A DNA stretch of 62,969 nucleotides, counting the filler, from Parasitella parasitica NRRL 2501 (Eukaryota; Fungi; Mucoromycota): assembly GCA_025201805.1 (NCBI GenBank). It is 10 parts of 10 records of this genome, joined end to end, with 100 filler letters (N's around TTAATTAATTAA, not from the genome) between each part and the next. Parts side by side here need not be neighbours in the genome. Positions count along the whole stretch, not along the records: positions 25,544 to 40,082 come from MU619357.1; 9 more parts are not named here. One strand, given 5' to 3'. The translations under genes and the position numbers were made by a program. Positions 26,091 through 38,793 of this stretch are shown here, one piece after another; position 1 is the stretch's first letter, and each line of letters opens with the position of its first letter. The notes under the pieces are model-generated. The model worked only from the letters and a program-made list of their open reading frames with translations. It did no database searches and was not told the origin of the DNA.

Positions 26091-26318
26091 TCACGCAGCG
26101 ACAAGAGGAGCGTCTGGCAAGTAGGCAACGACGGCGTTTCTGCGTCGAAGGGCGAAGACAGGTAAATTGATAGTGTTTCCATCGTCCAAAGTCATTGTAG
26201 CCTTTGCACTTGGTTTTTGCAGGGCCCATTGTGCAATACAAGCAGCGGATAAGTATTGCAAGGTTTGCTGGTCATTTTGGTCAATTTGGATAGAAAAACG
26301 GTGATTGTAGCTGTTCAT
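26091..26318 (-). CDS. Small (75 aa) orphan protein
   Basis: Intronless ORF with good context (CACTACAAAAATG), TATAAAAGG at 26385-26393 and pyrimidine-rich leader; no recognised domain. Confidence 0.55.
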   Translation of the reverse strand: MNSYNHRFSIQIDQNDQQTLQYLSAACIAQWALQKPSAKATMTLDDGNTINLPVFALRRRNAVVAYLPDAPLVAA

Positions 26319-26773
26319 TTTTGTAGTGTTTGGGATAAGATGAGTAAAGAGTCGAGAAGGAAAGAGAGATGTGGAAAGAGGTGTCCTTTTATACTCGACC
26401 CAAGTCTATTTTTGTATTTTATTTTGTGGTACATGTAATACGAACCACGTTTTCTTGTGCATTCCTGAATACCCTTAAGATTCAAAGCTTGGCCCCTTTT
26501 GTTATTGAACAACACGTTTTTTTTTTCTAGCCAGATCAGTTTTAGTTTTCTTGTCGATAGTGAGTAAATGAAATTAATCACACAAGCCAGCCTGTATCCA
26601 GGAATAGTTTAGTGTCAGTTGATCATCTGAGACATCCAACTACATGTCCTCTCTTCCCCTGAAAACAGGAAAGATGTAACCTGCCCAATCAACAAGGTGG
26701 ACAACATTTCCTATTTCGATTGTTAGTCTCATCGAAAAAAGAGTTTTTTTTTTTTTTTACTTTATTTACCATC

Positions 26774-29700
26774 ATGCCAAAACGACCAAGCGCCAACGAT
26801 CAGCAAAAACAGGACAGTTGCTCGTCAAAAAGGATAAAGACATGTCGCTTGCAAGAATTGCAGACTAAATTCGAGAGACTGAACGTCTTTTGTGCATTTT
26901 GTGATGCGAGATTAACGACATCCATCACATTGCAAAGCTTGCAGAAAGCAGTTGTAAGTTTGACAGTCGAGGATTTGGCTTCCATCAATGTCATTGTCCC
27001 CAATTTCGTAAAGTTCAATTACGTCTCGAATCAAGTGCTGGAGATCGAGTTTGGTAGGCCTGTTAGTAAGAAGCTTTCAAAGCAGAAGCACGCTCAAGCC
27101 ATTGGCAATCGAGGTGATGATTGGGTTCGTGGATTTAGCAGGAAAAACGATAGAGACGGAAATACGCCCAAACCAGTAAAGCCAGATGCAGTAAAAAAGC
27201 TGATTGAGCAGCAAAACAAAGTCTTTGATAAGGCTCTGGTTGCTTTCATAAAGCATTGCGATGAAAAGGTACTGCGCATAAATAATCCAGGGTTGGGTTT
27301 CAAAACACTCATCGTCATTTACTATCACTACATTGTGTGTTCATGATAACAGAAGCTAGATGTCGATCAACATCTAATCCACGAACGTGAGAAACACATA
27401 CCAATCCCCTATTTGGGAGAAGAAGACCCGTTCGAACAAGTCGACACTGGCTTAATGGCACGTTCATCACAACCAAAAACCATGCCTGAGCTGATTCAGG
27501 GGATGAAGTCCCTTTGTTTTTATGGCGGTCAACTGGAAAACGAAGCCAATATGAGGACATTCGATGCGAAGCAACCAGAGCACGGCGATTGTGAACTATC
27601 AGCGCCGGTTGCGGCTGCATTAGAAGAGAGGGGAATCCACCAACTGTACGTACATCAAGCAGAAGCCATCAAAGGCCTCTACGACGGACAACATGTGATT
27701 GTGTCTACATCCACAGCCAGCGGAAAGTCTCTCATTTATCAAATACCGGTGCTAGAGAATCTGCTGGTAGACAGATCGAGTAAATCCTTGTACATTTTCC
27801 CTACGAAAGCTCTGGCACAGGACCAGATGCGTGCATTGAAGGATATTCTGCAACAAATACCACAGTTGGAAGACGTCATGGTACGTCGTTCAATTAATTA
27901 ATCAATTAGACTATAAAAAGCAAACCGACATGTTATGTAGATAGCGACATTTGATGGAGATACACCAAGTGACCAAAGATTTTTTATCAGAAAGAATGCA
28001 AGTGTTGTATTTACAAATCCGGACATGTTGCATCATGCCATACTGCCAAACGGCAAATTATGGAACCATTTTCTTGCGAAATTAAAGTATGTCGTAGTCG
28101 ATGGTAAATTTACATGTGTTTATACTAAAGAAAATACTTACAAAACTATACTGTAGAACTTCACGTGTACAATGGGTTGTTTGGAACACACGTAGCTTTG
28201 GTTATGCGGAGACTGAGAAGATTGTGCTGTTTAGCTGGCAACAATCATGTCCAATTTATATCTTGCAGTGCTACGATTGCAAGCCCGGATTCAGTAAGAT
28301 TTTGTGTTTACGCACAAAGCCTGTTTATTAACGAAGCGTGACCCGTTAGCACATGCAAGCTGTTTTTGGGATTGATAACGTCAAACTAATCGATGTCGAT
28401 GGCGCTCCTCACGGCAAAAAAGAATTTATCATATGGAACCCATCACTGAATACTCCACTGGACGAACTATCCGAACGTAAAGGAGCAATTGCAGAAGGGG
28501 CCAACATCTTGGAATATCTTCTGGAGAACAACATCCGGACCATTGCATTCTGTAAGGTGCGAAAAAGTTGCGAATTACTAATGAAACAATTGCGGGAAAA
28601 TCTGCAGGCAAAGCAAAGAAAGGACATTATGAACAAGGTTATGAGTTATCGTGGAGGATACACAGCAGAAAACAGACGAAGGATCGAAAGCCTGATGTTT
28701 AATGGCGAGCTGCTGGGAATCATTGCGACTAATGCGTTGGAGTTGGGTGTCGATATTGGATCGTTGGATGCAGTGGTGATGGTGGGTGTACCTTGGTCTA
28801 TCTCGTCGTTATGGCAACAGTCTGGAAGGTCTGGCAGAAGAAATTTAGATTCTCTTTCTCTTGTAGTTTGTGATGGAAACCCTCTGGATCAGCACTATGC
28901 TGTATGTGTGTGTGTGTGAATTAATTTTTACTGATCGAACTAACAGCAATGATACTATCATAGCGCCATCCAGAAGACTTGTTCACCAAAATACCCGATA
29001 CATTGGCCATTAATTTTAAAAATTCAATAGTCGTCGAGAGCCATGTTCAATGCGCTGCCGAAGAAGAACCTATACATGCCATACAAGATCAGGCTTATTT
29101 TGGCGATAATTTACCCAGCGTGTGTCAAGAGCATTTGGCACCCCTTGGTGACAATGTAAGTGGTATTTTAGACTGTTAAAGGATTGAAGCATGCAAACAT
29201 TCTGACTTCAANNNNNNNNNNAAAAAAAAAAAAAAAAAATACAGCTATATCGGCCAGATTTAAAGTTCAGACCTTATCCATCCCAATATGTCAATATTCG
29301 AAATATCAACGAGGACTCATTTGCTGTTGTAGATGTAACTGATGGCAGGAATGTTGTTCTGGAAGAAATCGAAGTTCATCGGGTTGGCTTTGAAATATAC
29401 GAAGGAGCTATTTTTATTCACCAAGGAAGAACATACCTAGTCGAGGAGTGCAACATTGATAAAAAGTACAGCAAAGTTCATTTAGCCAGAGTTGATTGGA
29501 CGACCATTCAAAGGGATTATACCAATGTGGATGCTCTAAGCACAGACACCACCAAACACATACTGGACACAAATAACACCGTATCATTTGGCAAAGTCAA
29601 GGTGTCGACTGTCGTATTTGGCTATTACAGGATAGACAGGAGGAAGCGAATCATCGATACACATGACCTATATATGGATCCCATCATTGTTGAATCAACT

Positions 29701-30275
29701 GGCATTTGGGCCGACGCCCCAGGCTCGGCATTGGAGCAGCTGGACTTTCTGAACATTGATCGGATGGCAGCCATTCATGCAGCATGTAAGCTTTCGTCGC
29801 TCTAATATGGAAACCATTGACACTGTTGTTTTGGTAGCACATTGTTTGATTTCGCTGTTGCCTCGATTTGCGTATTCTGCAATTGTTGATTTGCGAACTG
29901 AATGCAAGAACCCTCACGCCACCAGGCAACGACCAGCAAGAATAGCATTATATGAAACACAGCCAAGTGGTGTTGTTAAACAAGCTTACAAATTTTTCGA
30001 CGGATTAGTGAATACATGTATAAATCAAATCGACGCTTGCCCTTGCGATATTGGGTGTCCCTTATGTGAGTACTGATCGACTGGCTAGTCCAATCATATG
30101 GAATCTGATAGTTTCATCGTCTCACACAGGTGTTCATTTGTCGTTTTGTTCAGAACAGAACCAAGTTTGTTCTAAAGAAGGTGCTCTAATCGTGTTGAAA
30201 GCTATACGTGGTGATGATGTCTTGACCACGAATTACACCGAAACAGAAATTGAACGTCTGATTGACAATGACTGA
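26774..30275 (+). CDS. HRQ1: Hrq1/RecQ4-like DEAH helicase with DUF1998 Zn domain, multi-exon (small N gap at 29212)
   Basis: LYVHQAEAI, STSTASGKSLIY, FPTKALAQDQ, FTNPDMLH, VVVD|ELHVY, SYRGGY, ATNALELGVDIGSLD, QQSGRSGRR, C-terminal CPCDIGCPLC..C. Confidence 0.93.
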
Positions 30276-30681
30276 CCGGGAATTAAAACGTTTGGCATCA
30301 AATAGTTTTGTAAATCATTGAGAAACAAGGGTTCATTATGATTACGTTACTGTGAGACATGTATACAGTTTATTGACTCCATGGAAAGCCAAATATGAAT
30401 ATTATTGCTGATTTTTTCTGTGTATATATAAACACATATATCGTATAAATGCGAAAATAAACAGTGTATGTGTGCGGATCCAATGCATTAGAGGAGACAG
30501 TGTAAAAACCTATAGCAAATAGTGTGTCAAAGCTTCTGTATGCCTTGAAATGTATACGTCCGAGATGTTCTGCAAAACCTAAAACATCTTTCAGTATTGA
30601 AAGGGTCTGCAATGTCTATAAAAGACAGGCCAGAATATGTTGATTAATCAAATCAATTTTTGCTAGTTAATATACGCCAAA

Positions 30682-31290
30682 ATGGATCCCAAAATCGTTC
30701 AAGATTACGTCCCTTCTATTGAAAGCTACCTTTACGATTGGCACGTACGTGTCACTTGGATTGCCTTTATGACACTTTGGGTGCTTTGGGGCTTAGCATG
30801 GTTTATTCGTAATGCCTTTGGTGGTGATTCTGGATCTACCCACATTCACACAATACAGTCCAATGCCCAAGTTGCAGCTACTCATGATGTCTCAAATCTG
30901 AATAACGACCCTAACCACATTGTCACTGATCCCGAAAACGGCGGCATCGCTACTACAGCCAATGCCAATGCTGTTCACAACAAGAATGCAAAGTATCTTG
31001 CTGCTCCTGCTTGGTCCGTTAATGTCTTTAACCGTCTTAATCGTGCACACGACATGCTTCGTGATCTTGTCATCATGTTGCTCTCCATCTTGACTCTAAA
31101 CACATTTGCTCGTGCTTCTACTACTGCCGTTATGATTATTGCTTGGGTATTTGTCGCCTTTGCAGTAGTCTACTTTGTTGTCGAGGCTTCTTACGAGCAC
31201 CGCTACCTTCGTTTGGTCTATTCCTTAACCTTCTATAGTCTTGGTTTGGCTGTCGTTGGTCTTGCTTTTGCCCAAGGTTTCTATGATTAA
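30682..31290 (+). CDS. Hypothetical ~4-TM membrane protein
   Basis: Intronless 202-aa ORF with four hydrophobic segments, biased C/T-ending codons, TATAAAAG at 30617-30624. Confidence 0.8.
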   Translation: MDPKIVQDYVPSIESYLYDWHVRVTWIAFMTLWVLWGLAWFIRNAFGGDSGSTHIHTIQSNAQVAATHDVSNLNNDPNHIVTDPENGGIATTANANAVHNKNAKYLAAPAWSVNVFNRLNRAHDMLRDLVIMLLSILTLNTFARASTTAVMIIAWVFVAFAVVYFVVEASYEHRYLRLVYSLTFYSLGLAVVGLAFAQGFYD

Positions 31291-31514
31291 TAATATTTAT
31301 ATTATTTATTTACTCTTTTTTTTTCTTAAAAAATAATACTACAATCTAATAAAATAATGCTTTAATAATTTACACATTGAGGTTTGCATAGTGGAGAGAA
31401 TCATTGTTATTTCACGATCTCTGAGTGGCAATTTGTGACCCAGAGTAATAAATGAATTGACTATAGGCTTTTACAAACTTCTTTTATTTTTCCTCATTTC
31501 AGTTTTTTCAAATC

Positions 31515-32298
31515 ATGTCCAACTGGTCTGTAGACTACGCGTCTCTCAACACAGCTAATAGGTATGCGCTGTAACTCGACGATGTATTTGTTATATGATT
31601 GTCATTTAATTGTGTTAATAGGTCTAAAGTTCCCAATCCTGTTGGCTATGAACCCTCTACTTTACAGAAATACACCAAAAACGAGGTTTGAAATTAAAAA
31701 TCATATCCCATTACCCAGAACAAAACACTGATAAGCAACAATAGAAATCAAGTCGCCGGGGTAACCAGGATAGTAATCAAGTGGCCATCAAAATGAAGGT
31801 TTGTTTGGCGATGTATTTAGTTGATGAACATGAAAGCATTCTTACACAAATATAACAGCGTGCTTGGGATGTAGCTATGGGTCCTGCCAAAAGCATACCT
31901 ATGAATGCTATTATGATTTACATGTCGGGCACCAGTCTCCAGATCTTCACTGTCATGGTTACTGCTATGCTTTTCTTTAATCCTGTCAAAGCTATCATGA
32001 CAACCCAACAAAGTAAGACAAATGCATTTCCTCATCAAAAGCAGCGAAACGTCTAATCCCACAACATCATGTAGCTTTCAGTCGTTTCGAATCAGATACA
32101 GCAAGCACATCAACGACACAAGAAAAATCACAGCCCAAGGTGGATTTGATGATGCCTAAATTAACGTTCATTGGATTACACATTATTACCATTCTTTTGG
32201 GTGTCTACAAAGTGAATGCCATGGGATTATTACCCAACACAGCGTCAGATTGGTTAGCCTTCATCAAGCCAAAAGAGATACTCGAGTATGCAGCTTAA
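31515..32298 (+). CDS. EMC4: ER membrane protein complex subunit 4, 5 exons, absent from ORF track
   Basis: Spliced: MSNWSVDY..PNPVGY..MK|RAWDVAMGPAKSIPMNAIMIYMSGTSLQIF..YKVNAMGLLPNTASDWLAF..EYAA*. Confidence 0.93.
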
Positions 32299-32512
32299 AA
32301 TAGACATTTTATTACCACAAGAAAAAAAAAAAGAAAAAGAAAAAAAATTATATATAAAAAAAAATTAAATGATACAAATTTGATTTTGGAGATAGTGGAA
32401 AGCAATTTGTGTTTTTAAAATAGTATTGAGAGATATCCTTTTGTGTGTTTGTGGTTGAATATGTATGTACATAGAAGAATCCAACTTTTATCTATATATT
32501 CTTTTTTTTTTT

Positions 32513-34836
32513 TTATCCTTCTGTTGTTTGGCTGACCCAGTCTAATTGAAGTGATCCTTTAGGATAGTTTGCTCCTACTGCCATAGCCTTTTCAGCTTCA
32601 AATCGTTGAGCGTATTGAATGAGAGCTTCTGAATCCTTTTGCTCAAATGAAGTTACGTTTCCGAATTGCTATTAATGATATGTCAAATACTGTAAAAAAC
32701 ATAATAACAATAAAAAAAAAAAGATACCTGAAAATGTTGGCGCAGCTCAGTATCATTGCTGGATTCAGGAATATCCTTGACAGAAATTTTGGTAGGTCTA
32801 TTGTCCAAACTCATAGTTCTTGGAGCCATTCCACCACGAGCGCGAGGCCAGCTACCACGTCCTCTACCATAATACCCACCTCTACCTCCACGGAGACTAG
32901 AGCCGGAACTATGGATGCCAAGATTAGCAGCCTAACATGAAAAACTGGTCAAAATACATTCGATACAGTCTGCTTTCAAGCCGATTACCTCAAGTTCTAA
33001 ACGAGCAAGTTTCTTTTTAAGATCTTCAGTAGTTTCTTCGCCTTCTTTTACTTGAGTATTTGCGTTTTCGCTTGAAGATGCAGCAGCGGCAGCAGCAGCC
33101 TTGGCTTGAGCAGCTTCAGTAGCAGCAGCACTCTTTGAGGTATCAATATCGCTTTGGATATTCTTGAGGGCTTTCAAAAGTTCGGCCTTTTCAGTCTGAG
33201 ACATGCCAGCACTGTTGGTAAGTTGAGCTAATAATCTCTTTTGCTCGTCAATTTGCTGCTGCAATTGAGCTTCTCGCCTCTTTTGGATTTCCAAGATGTG
33301 CTTCATTTGCTCTTGATGTTTCTTTTGCTTTTCTTCTCTAGCTTGAGCGATTTCTGCAGCACGGGCTGCCACCAATTCTGGGTCAGGTTCATTTACATTG
33401 GGAGCCTGAGGAACCTGAGGAGCAGCAGCACCGACATTAGCAGGCTTATCCGTACCGATGGTAGGGTTATTGGGGTCTTCTTTAGACCAGTACACTTTGA
33501 CAAAGCGGTTATCAAATATGGCATCAGGGGAGTTGTAAGCAGCTTCGGCCTCAGCACGAGTATTGTATTGAATGATGGCCTTTTGAGCATGAGGCTGAAC
33601 GCTAATGTTTGTGATGGTGCCGAATTTAGCAAAAAAGTCGTTGATAGTAGATATTTGGCAGTTTTCCAAAGGAATCTTTTCAACATTTAAAGTGGTATTC
33701 AAGGGGTTTATGTTTTGATGTTGATGGCGTTGGTAACTTCCGTGGATTCCACCACGTCCACGTCCACGTCCACGTCCACGCATACCGCCACGCATCATAT
33801 TGTTCATATTCATCATGTCGCCATTACTGGGAGGCATCATTCCGCCAAATCCACCCATATCTGCATTAGACACAAGCCCAGATCTTTCGGGATCGTAAGC
33901 ATCAGGAACATTAGGCATGCCAAAGAAAGGAGGCTGGCCTGGAACACCGGGGCCCATGGGGGGCATGCCATTGCTGGGAAAAGGCCCGCCAGGAAATGGA
34001 CCATTCGCGCCCTCGTCAACGATGATTCTGTCTACACCATGATCAAAGGGACACATGTCGCCTCTCATACAGAAACCCTTTTCATTGTAATCTCTGCACT
34101 GGGGCTTGTTCTGTCCGCGACTCATGCTTGATCCATTGCGACCGCCACGCATGGCTCCTCTACCGCCTCTGCTTCCTCTACTGCCCTGTTCATACATTGA
34201 GGAACTATAGCCGCCAGACGAATTGGATCTTCTATCATCGTAGCGTGAATATTTGGAGTTACTGTTATTTCCATTATCGTCGTCGTAACGGCGCTTGCTG
34301 TAGGAGCGAGATGGATGTTCTTCTGGTGAGTTGGACCGTTGGCGTCTATGCTTAAAATTGCGATCGCCGTCATCTTCATCATCTGAAAAATCAGCAAAGC
34401 GTTCTTTAGAAGTGCTAGTTGAGGACGCAGCAGCAGCAGCAGCAGTATCATTAGACGAGTTACTTCCATTTATCTTGGCAAATAAGCGATCAATGAACGG
34501 TATAGTTTCTAGAAAAAATAAGAAGGATGAGTTTACAAAGCATTCTAACAATGTCAATTTGCATGCTCCTCTTGCTTACGATCATCAAAAAACTCATTTA
34601 ATTTGCTTTCAAGACTAGCCTTCAATGCATCGTTCCGTTCTTCATTGCCAATGAGGGCAATAATGTATTGTGCCAACACAACGGGGTCAGCGTCGCAGCT
34701 ATGTACATTGAGTGAGAAAAAAAAAAGAATGATATCGAAAAACACGTAAAGTGGTAGACACCCCAAATACTTACAGAGACGCAACTTCTTTGCTTACAAA
34801 GCTTTCTAATTCTGCTGGTAACTGTTTGTTTGCCAT
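32513..34836 (-). CDS. RBM26/RBM27 (Rmn1-like) RNA-binding protein: PWI + CCCH + RRMs, multi-exon
   Basis: CDADPVVLAQYIIAL (PWI), CRDYNEKGFCMRGDMCPFDHG (CCCH), RGG repeats, RRM ..FAKFGTITNI..AYNSPDAIFDNRFVKVYW, SLDNRPTKI second RRM. Confidence 0.92.
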
Positions 34837-35441
34837 ATTCAAGTTGTATATTGCACGACTGGTTCTTTTAACAAAGGTGGAAAGGAAGAAGAAAAATTTT
34901 ACAGCGGCTCTCCTCAGAATCATCAATTAGTTTTTTATTGGCTTTGATCTCATGTCTGGGGAAAAGTGACCTCATTGCTAATGGTTTCGCCGGACAAGCG
35001 GGCTGATGCACGAAGACGAGCTTGCTTGACAAGATGTACCCAAAACAGTGGATTAGAATGTCATTCCAAAGAACATCAGTTACTGGAATCATCTTTTGCC
35101 TAAAGAGCGATATATGGAACGTGTTCTGTAGAGACAATAAGTTTCGAATTAGGTTTTCAATCAAGAGTATCCACAAGCCAAGCAGGCGCACCGCTAGGAC
35201 TTGCTTGGCTTGTTGTACCTAATTGGCATATGACCGCTTGAACAGAAAAGACTTGAAAAATGATTGCTTGAACATTCAGCTTTAGGGCTCACATGCTTGG
35301 TTGTGGATTTGCCCATACAGAGCTCTGAGACAAGCAAATGCGGTCTTAACCGTCATTTAGGTATGTGGACTGTTTATCCTTGTTATTCCAACATTGACAA
35401 AGGCATTGAGGACACTTTGACTCTTCAAATTACCTTACACA

Positions 35442-36123
35442 ATGTCATTCAACATAAAAAGCTCGTTTGTATCTCGCGCGGTGGTAGAGGACGATGAGGA
35501 AAAGCAATTAGAGACAGAAACCAACGCAAAAGAAGGTAAAACGAGAGAGAGAGAAAGAGAAATACACGGGTCCGATGATAAGCATGGTTTTGACTTGAAT
35601 GTAAATTTGCATGAATGTAGTGGTGGTTCAAGAACACTATGATCCACGAACATTATACGAACGGCTTCAAGAGCAAAAGACATTGAAAGAAGAGAAATTT
35701 GCAGAGGAGTCGCGTTTATCTAATCAGATAAAGCGTGTAGATGAAGAAGAAGCAGAGTATTTCAGGACGTTGTCAGATGAAAAGGAAAAACTCGAACACC
35801 AGAGGAAGGTCAAAGAAACATTGGAGCTGGAAGAATACAGACAGGCTGTTGAGAGCGCAAGGTCCAATCCCACTCCCCAAATTCCTCTACTAGACACGGC
35901 TGCTACCACATCCACAAAACCAAAGCCTGCCATTAAACCATCAAATACAAAAAGAAATTCGTTAAAAGGCGCATTACTTATTAAAAAGAAGCGCGACGCA
36001 GGCGAGGACGAGCAAGAAGTCGACGAAAAACCTGCAGATAAAAAACAAAAAACTGAAAATAACTCATTGTCGTTGTTATCGGCTTACGGTGATATCAGTA
36101 GCAGTGATAGCGAGAGCGAATAA
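35442..36123 (+). CDS. FAM192A/Fyv6 (PSME3IP1, NIP30) family nuclear protein (2 exons)
   Basis: N-terminal SFVS, YDPRTLYERLQEQK..EE, DEEEAEYF, C-terminal LSLLSAYGD.SSSDSE. Confidence 0.88.
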
Positions 36124-37018
36124 AACTGAGTCAACTCGTTGATCTTGTAACTGTTTAAAATTCAAAGCAAATGAGCTCATGTTCGGATTTGGGTTCAAAT
36201 CTAGGGGAAGAGGAAGAAGGGGCGATCATTTTTATTGTGAAAAATGTTGGCTTTTTCGACAAGTATGCATAAATTTACGCGCCAAAACCATGGCCCTCCC
36301 TGACCATCGTTTTTTTATATACATATATATAAATTAGAACAGCATCCTGTGTTGCTCGTTTAAATACGCTTTGGATACTGGCAATTGATTGATTTGTACA
36401 TCGAACGAAAATCCTTGGAAGATGCGGATCGTTCGTCGAAATTAAATATTCTTTTTTTGGCTTGACAACCAGTTGTTATTCAAACTCTCTTTGTATAAAT
36501 CACAACTGGAGGAATGGGTTGAAGAGCATAACAAAAAAATTCGGCCAAGAAGTCGTTTTCTGCTTGATGATAATTACCATTTTAGTTGCAGGGATGATCA
36601 TTATGACTTCAATAATAATAAAAGAAGAATAAAAACATGGATGCATTTATTATTGAACGAGGTATGCATTCTTGCTATATTTCTTTCCACTTATTGAATG
36701 ATATGAATGATGAAAGAATTTTTCCATTCGAATGACGTGCAATCTAGCATTGTAGGTACGAATGTTTCTAAAAAAGCATGTTCGTTTTGTGCATTGTATG
36801 TAAGGCGTATTATGAACACTCTGTCACGAACAGCGAGATTTGATCAGTAGTATATTTATAAAAAAAAAAAGGTCTACTTTTGCCGTATTTGGTTGGAAAG
36901 GCACAAAAATGTAAATGACCCCAAGAATGCGTTTTGGACAGTATATAAAATTTGATGTATTTGATCCCGTATTAATGCATTTATTCTCCCATTCCTTTCC
37001 TTTTTTAATCTGTATACG

Positions 37019-38620
37019 ATGGATTTTACTTATCCTCAATTGTTTGACATTGTCGATGAAACAACGTTTGATACAGATTTATTCCATGGACTCAATTTAC
37101 AAAGTGTAGAAAGTAACAAAAAGCAGCACATTAATTCATCTTCGCCTTCCTACTTGCATTATCTTCAATCTACTACCACCACTACCACTAATCATAATAA
37201 TAATAGCAATACGAATAGCACAAATATACCAAATATACCACCCACTACTACTACTACTACTATTAATAATAACAGCAGCTTTTTCTATGATTCTATGCAC
37301 CCATTAAACTTGGATTTAATCGACTATGATTACACTTTTCAACAGACACCAACAGGATTAGATCAAAAACAACAATACAATTGGTTATATGACCCAATTG
37401 ACACGTATTTGCCACTGCAAAACAATTTATTTTGTGATGAAACCATGATGAGCAACATAATGAGCAGCAACCAGCAGCAATCACAATTTGATTGTATCAT
37501 GTCAGAGAACTCCATGGATGAAAACATTACTGTGGAAGGTGGTATGTCACGTGGCTATGTCAGTCTTAGTGTAAGTCGAGTGCAACTGTGTGCTGATATA
37601 TTTAAGTTAACTTGCTCCATACAGGATGTAAACTCATTCGTTGCCAAGGCTGACTCTGCAAAACAGCATTCCTCTCTATTGCAACTATCTTCATTGCAAG
37701 ACAATTTGTTACTAGATGATTTCATATTAAAACCATCACTTCCAAATCGTGATTTCTTATCTTCATCTGAATCAACAAATGATGACAGTGACGATGAGTA
37801 CTATGACGATAACAGTGAATTTGGTCTACGCTGGAGTAGCCTCATGGCGAGTTATGATGGATCGTCTATTCATACCCCATCTTCCTCTGTTGGAGCCAAC
37901 ATTGCTTCGGCGGCAAACAGCGCAAATACCAACGAAAAGCTTATGATTAAAATCAAGAAACCTAAACACGGGATTTCTGCGCCAAATACAGGAAATGTGA
38001 ATAGCGCATTACCAAGCCCTTACGGAGAACATCAATGGGATTTGGTTACTCCCAAGGCAACTAAATCTGCAAGTTACAAGTCCAGCAACAAATACCGAAA
38101 ATCCATGTCCAATATTTACAATACGGTCACCAATACTAAAAAAAAAGCCAACAGATTTGATTTCAAAGGACGCCGTGGTAGTGCACCACATCGACTTACC
38201 ATTCATAATAACAGCAGTGCCAATAGTGTAGGCAGTCTTCATTCATCGTCGTCACTGTCCTCTCTATCGAACAACTTACAGCGATCCATGCGTGTCTCGG
38301 ACAGCATCCACAATCTGGTGTCAGATGACGATGCAGAGCATGAGCTAGAAGAAGAACAAGAGCTGTTGCTGGAAGAAGAAGAGGAAGACGACGATGACGA
38401 TGAATATCAGATCAGATCAGCGAATGCAAACCATGGTCAGCCTCCCACTAAAAAAGGGCGAAATGTAGATAAAGCTTGTAATCATTGTAAACGTTCTCAT
38501 TTACGATGCGACGATATGAGACCATGTCGTCGCTGTGTTGCTACTGGAAAACAAGGCTGCAAAGATGTTCAACATAAGCCAAGAGGAAGACCAAAGCTTC
38601 ATAAGAAATTGATCAAATAA
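37019..38620 (+). CDS. Zn(II)2Cys6 transcription factor with C-terminal DNA-binding domain
   Basis: KACNHCKRSHLRCDDMRPCRRCVATGKQGCKDVQHKPRGRPK near the C-terminus; probable in-frame 54-nt intron 37571-37624. Confidence 0.88.
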   Translation: MDFTYPQLFDIVDETTFDTDLFHGLNLQSVESNKKQHINSSSPSYLHYLQSTTTTTTNHNNNSNTNSTNIPNIPPTTTTTTINNNSSFFYDSMHPLNLDLIDYDYTFQQTPTGLDQKQQYNWLYDPIDTYLPLQNNLFCDETMMSNIMSSNQQQSQFDCIMSENSMDENITVEGGMSRGYVSLSVSRVQLCADIFKLTCSIQDVNSFVAKADSAKQHSSLLQLSSLQDNLLLDDFILKPSLPNRDFLSSSESTNDDSDDEYYDDNSEFGLRWSSLMASYDGSSIHTPSSSVGANIASAANSANTNEKLMIKIKKPKHGISAPNTGNVNSALPSPYGEHQWDLVTPKATKSASYKSSNKYRKSMSNIYNTVTNTKKKANRFDFKGRRGSAPHRLTIHNNSSANSVGSLHSSSSLSSLSNNLQRSMRVSDSIHNLVSDDDAEHELEEEQELLLEEEEEDDDDDEYQIRSANANHGQPPTKKGRNVDKACNHCKRSHLRCDDMRPCRRCVATGKQGCKDVQHKPRGRPKLHKKLIK

Positions 38621-38711
38621 AAAGTTTTCTCTCTCCTATTTCTATTTTGCATGATTTTGATCTAGGACAAAACAGTCCAATGTGACTTTAAGAAGGCTTT
38701 AAGAGCCCTCC

Positions 38712-38743
<32 letters not shown>

Positions 38744-38793
38744 CCAGTGTTTATCTCTTTTTCGTTCATTCTCACCTACAATTTTTTTCATCC

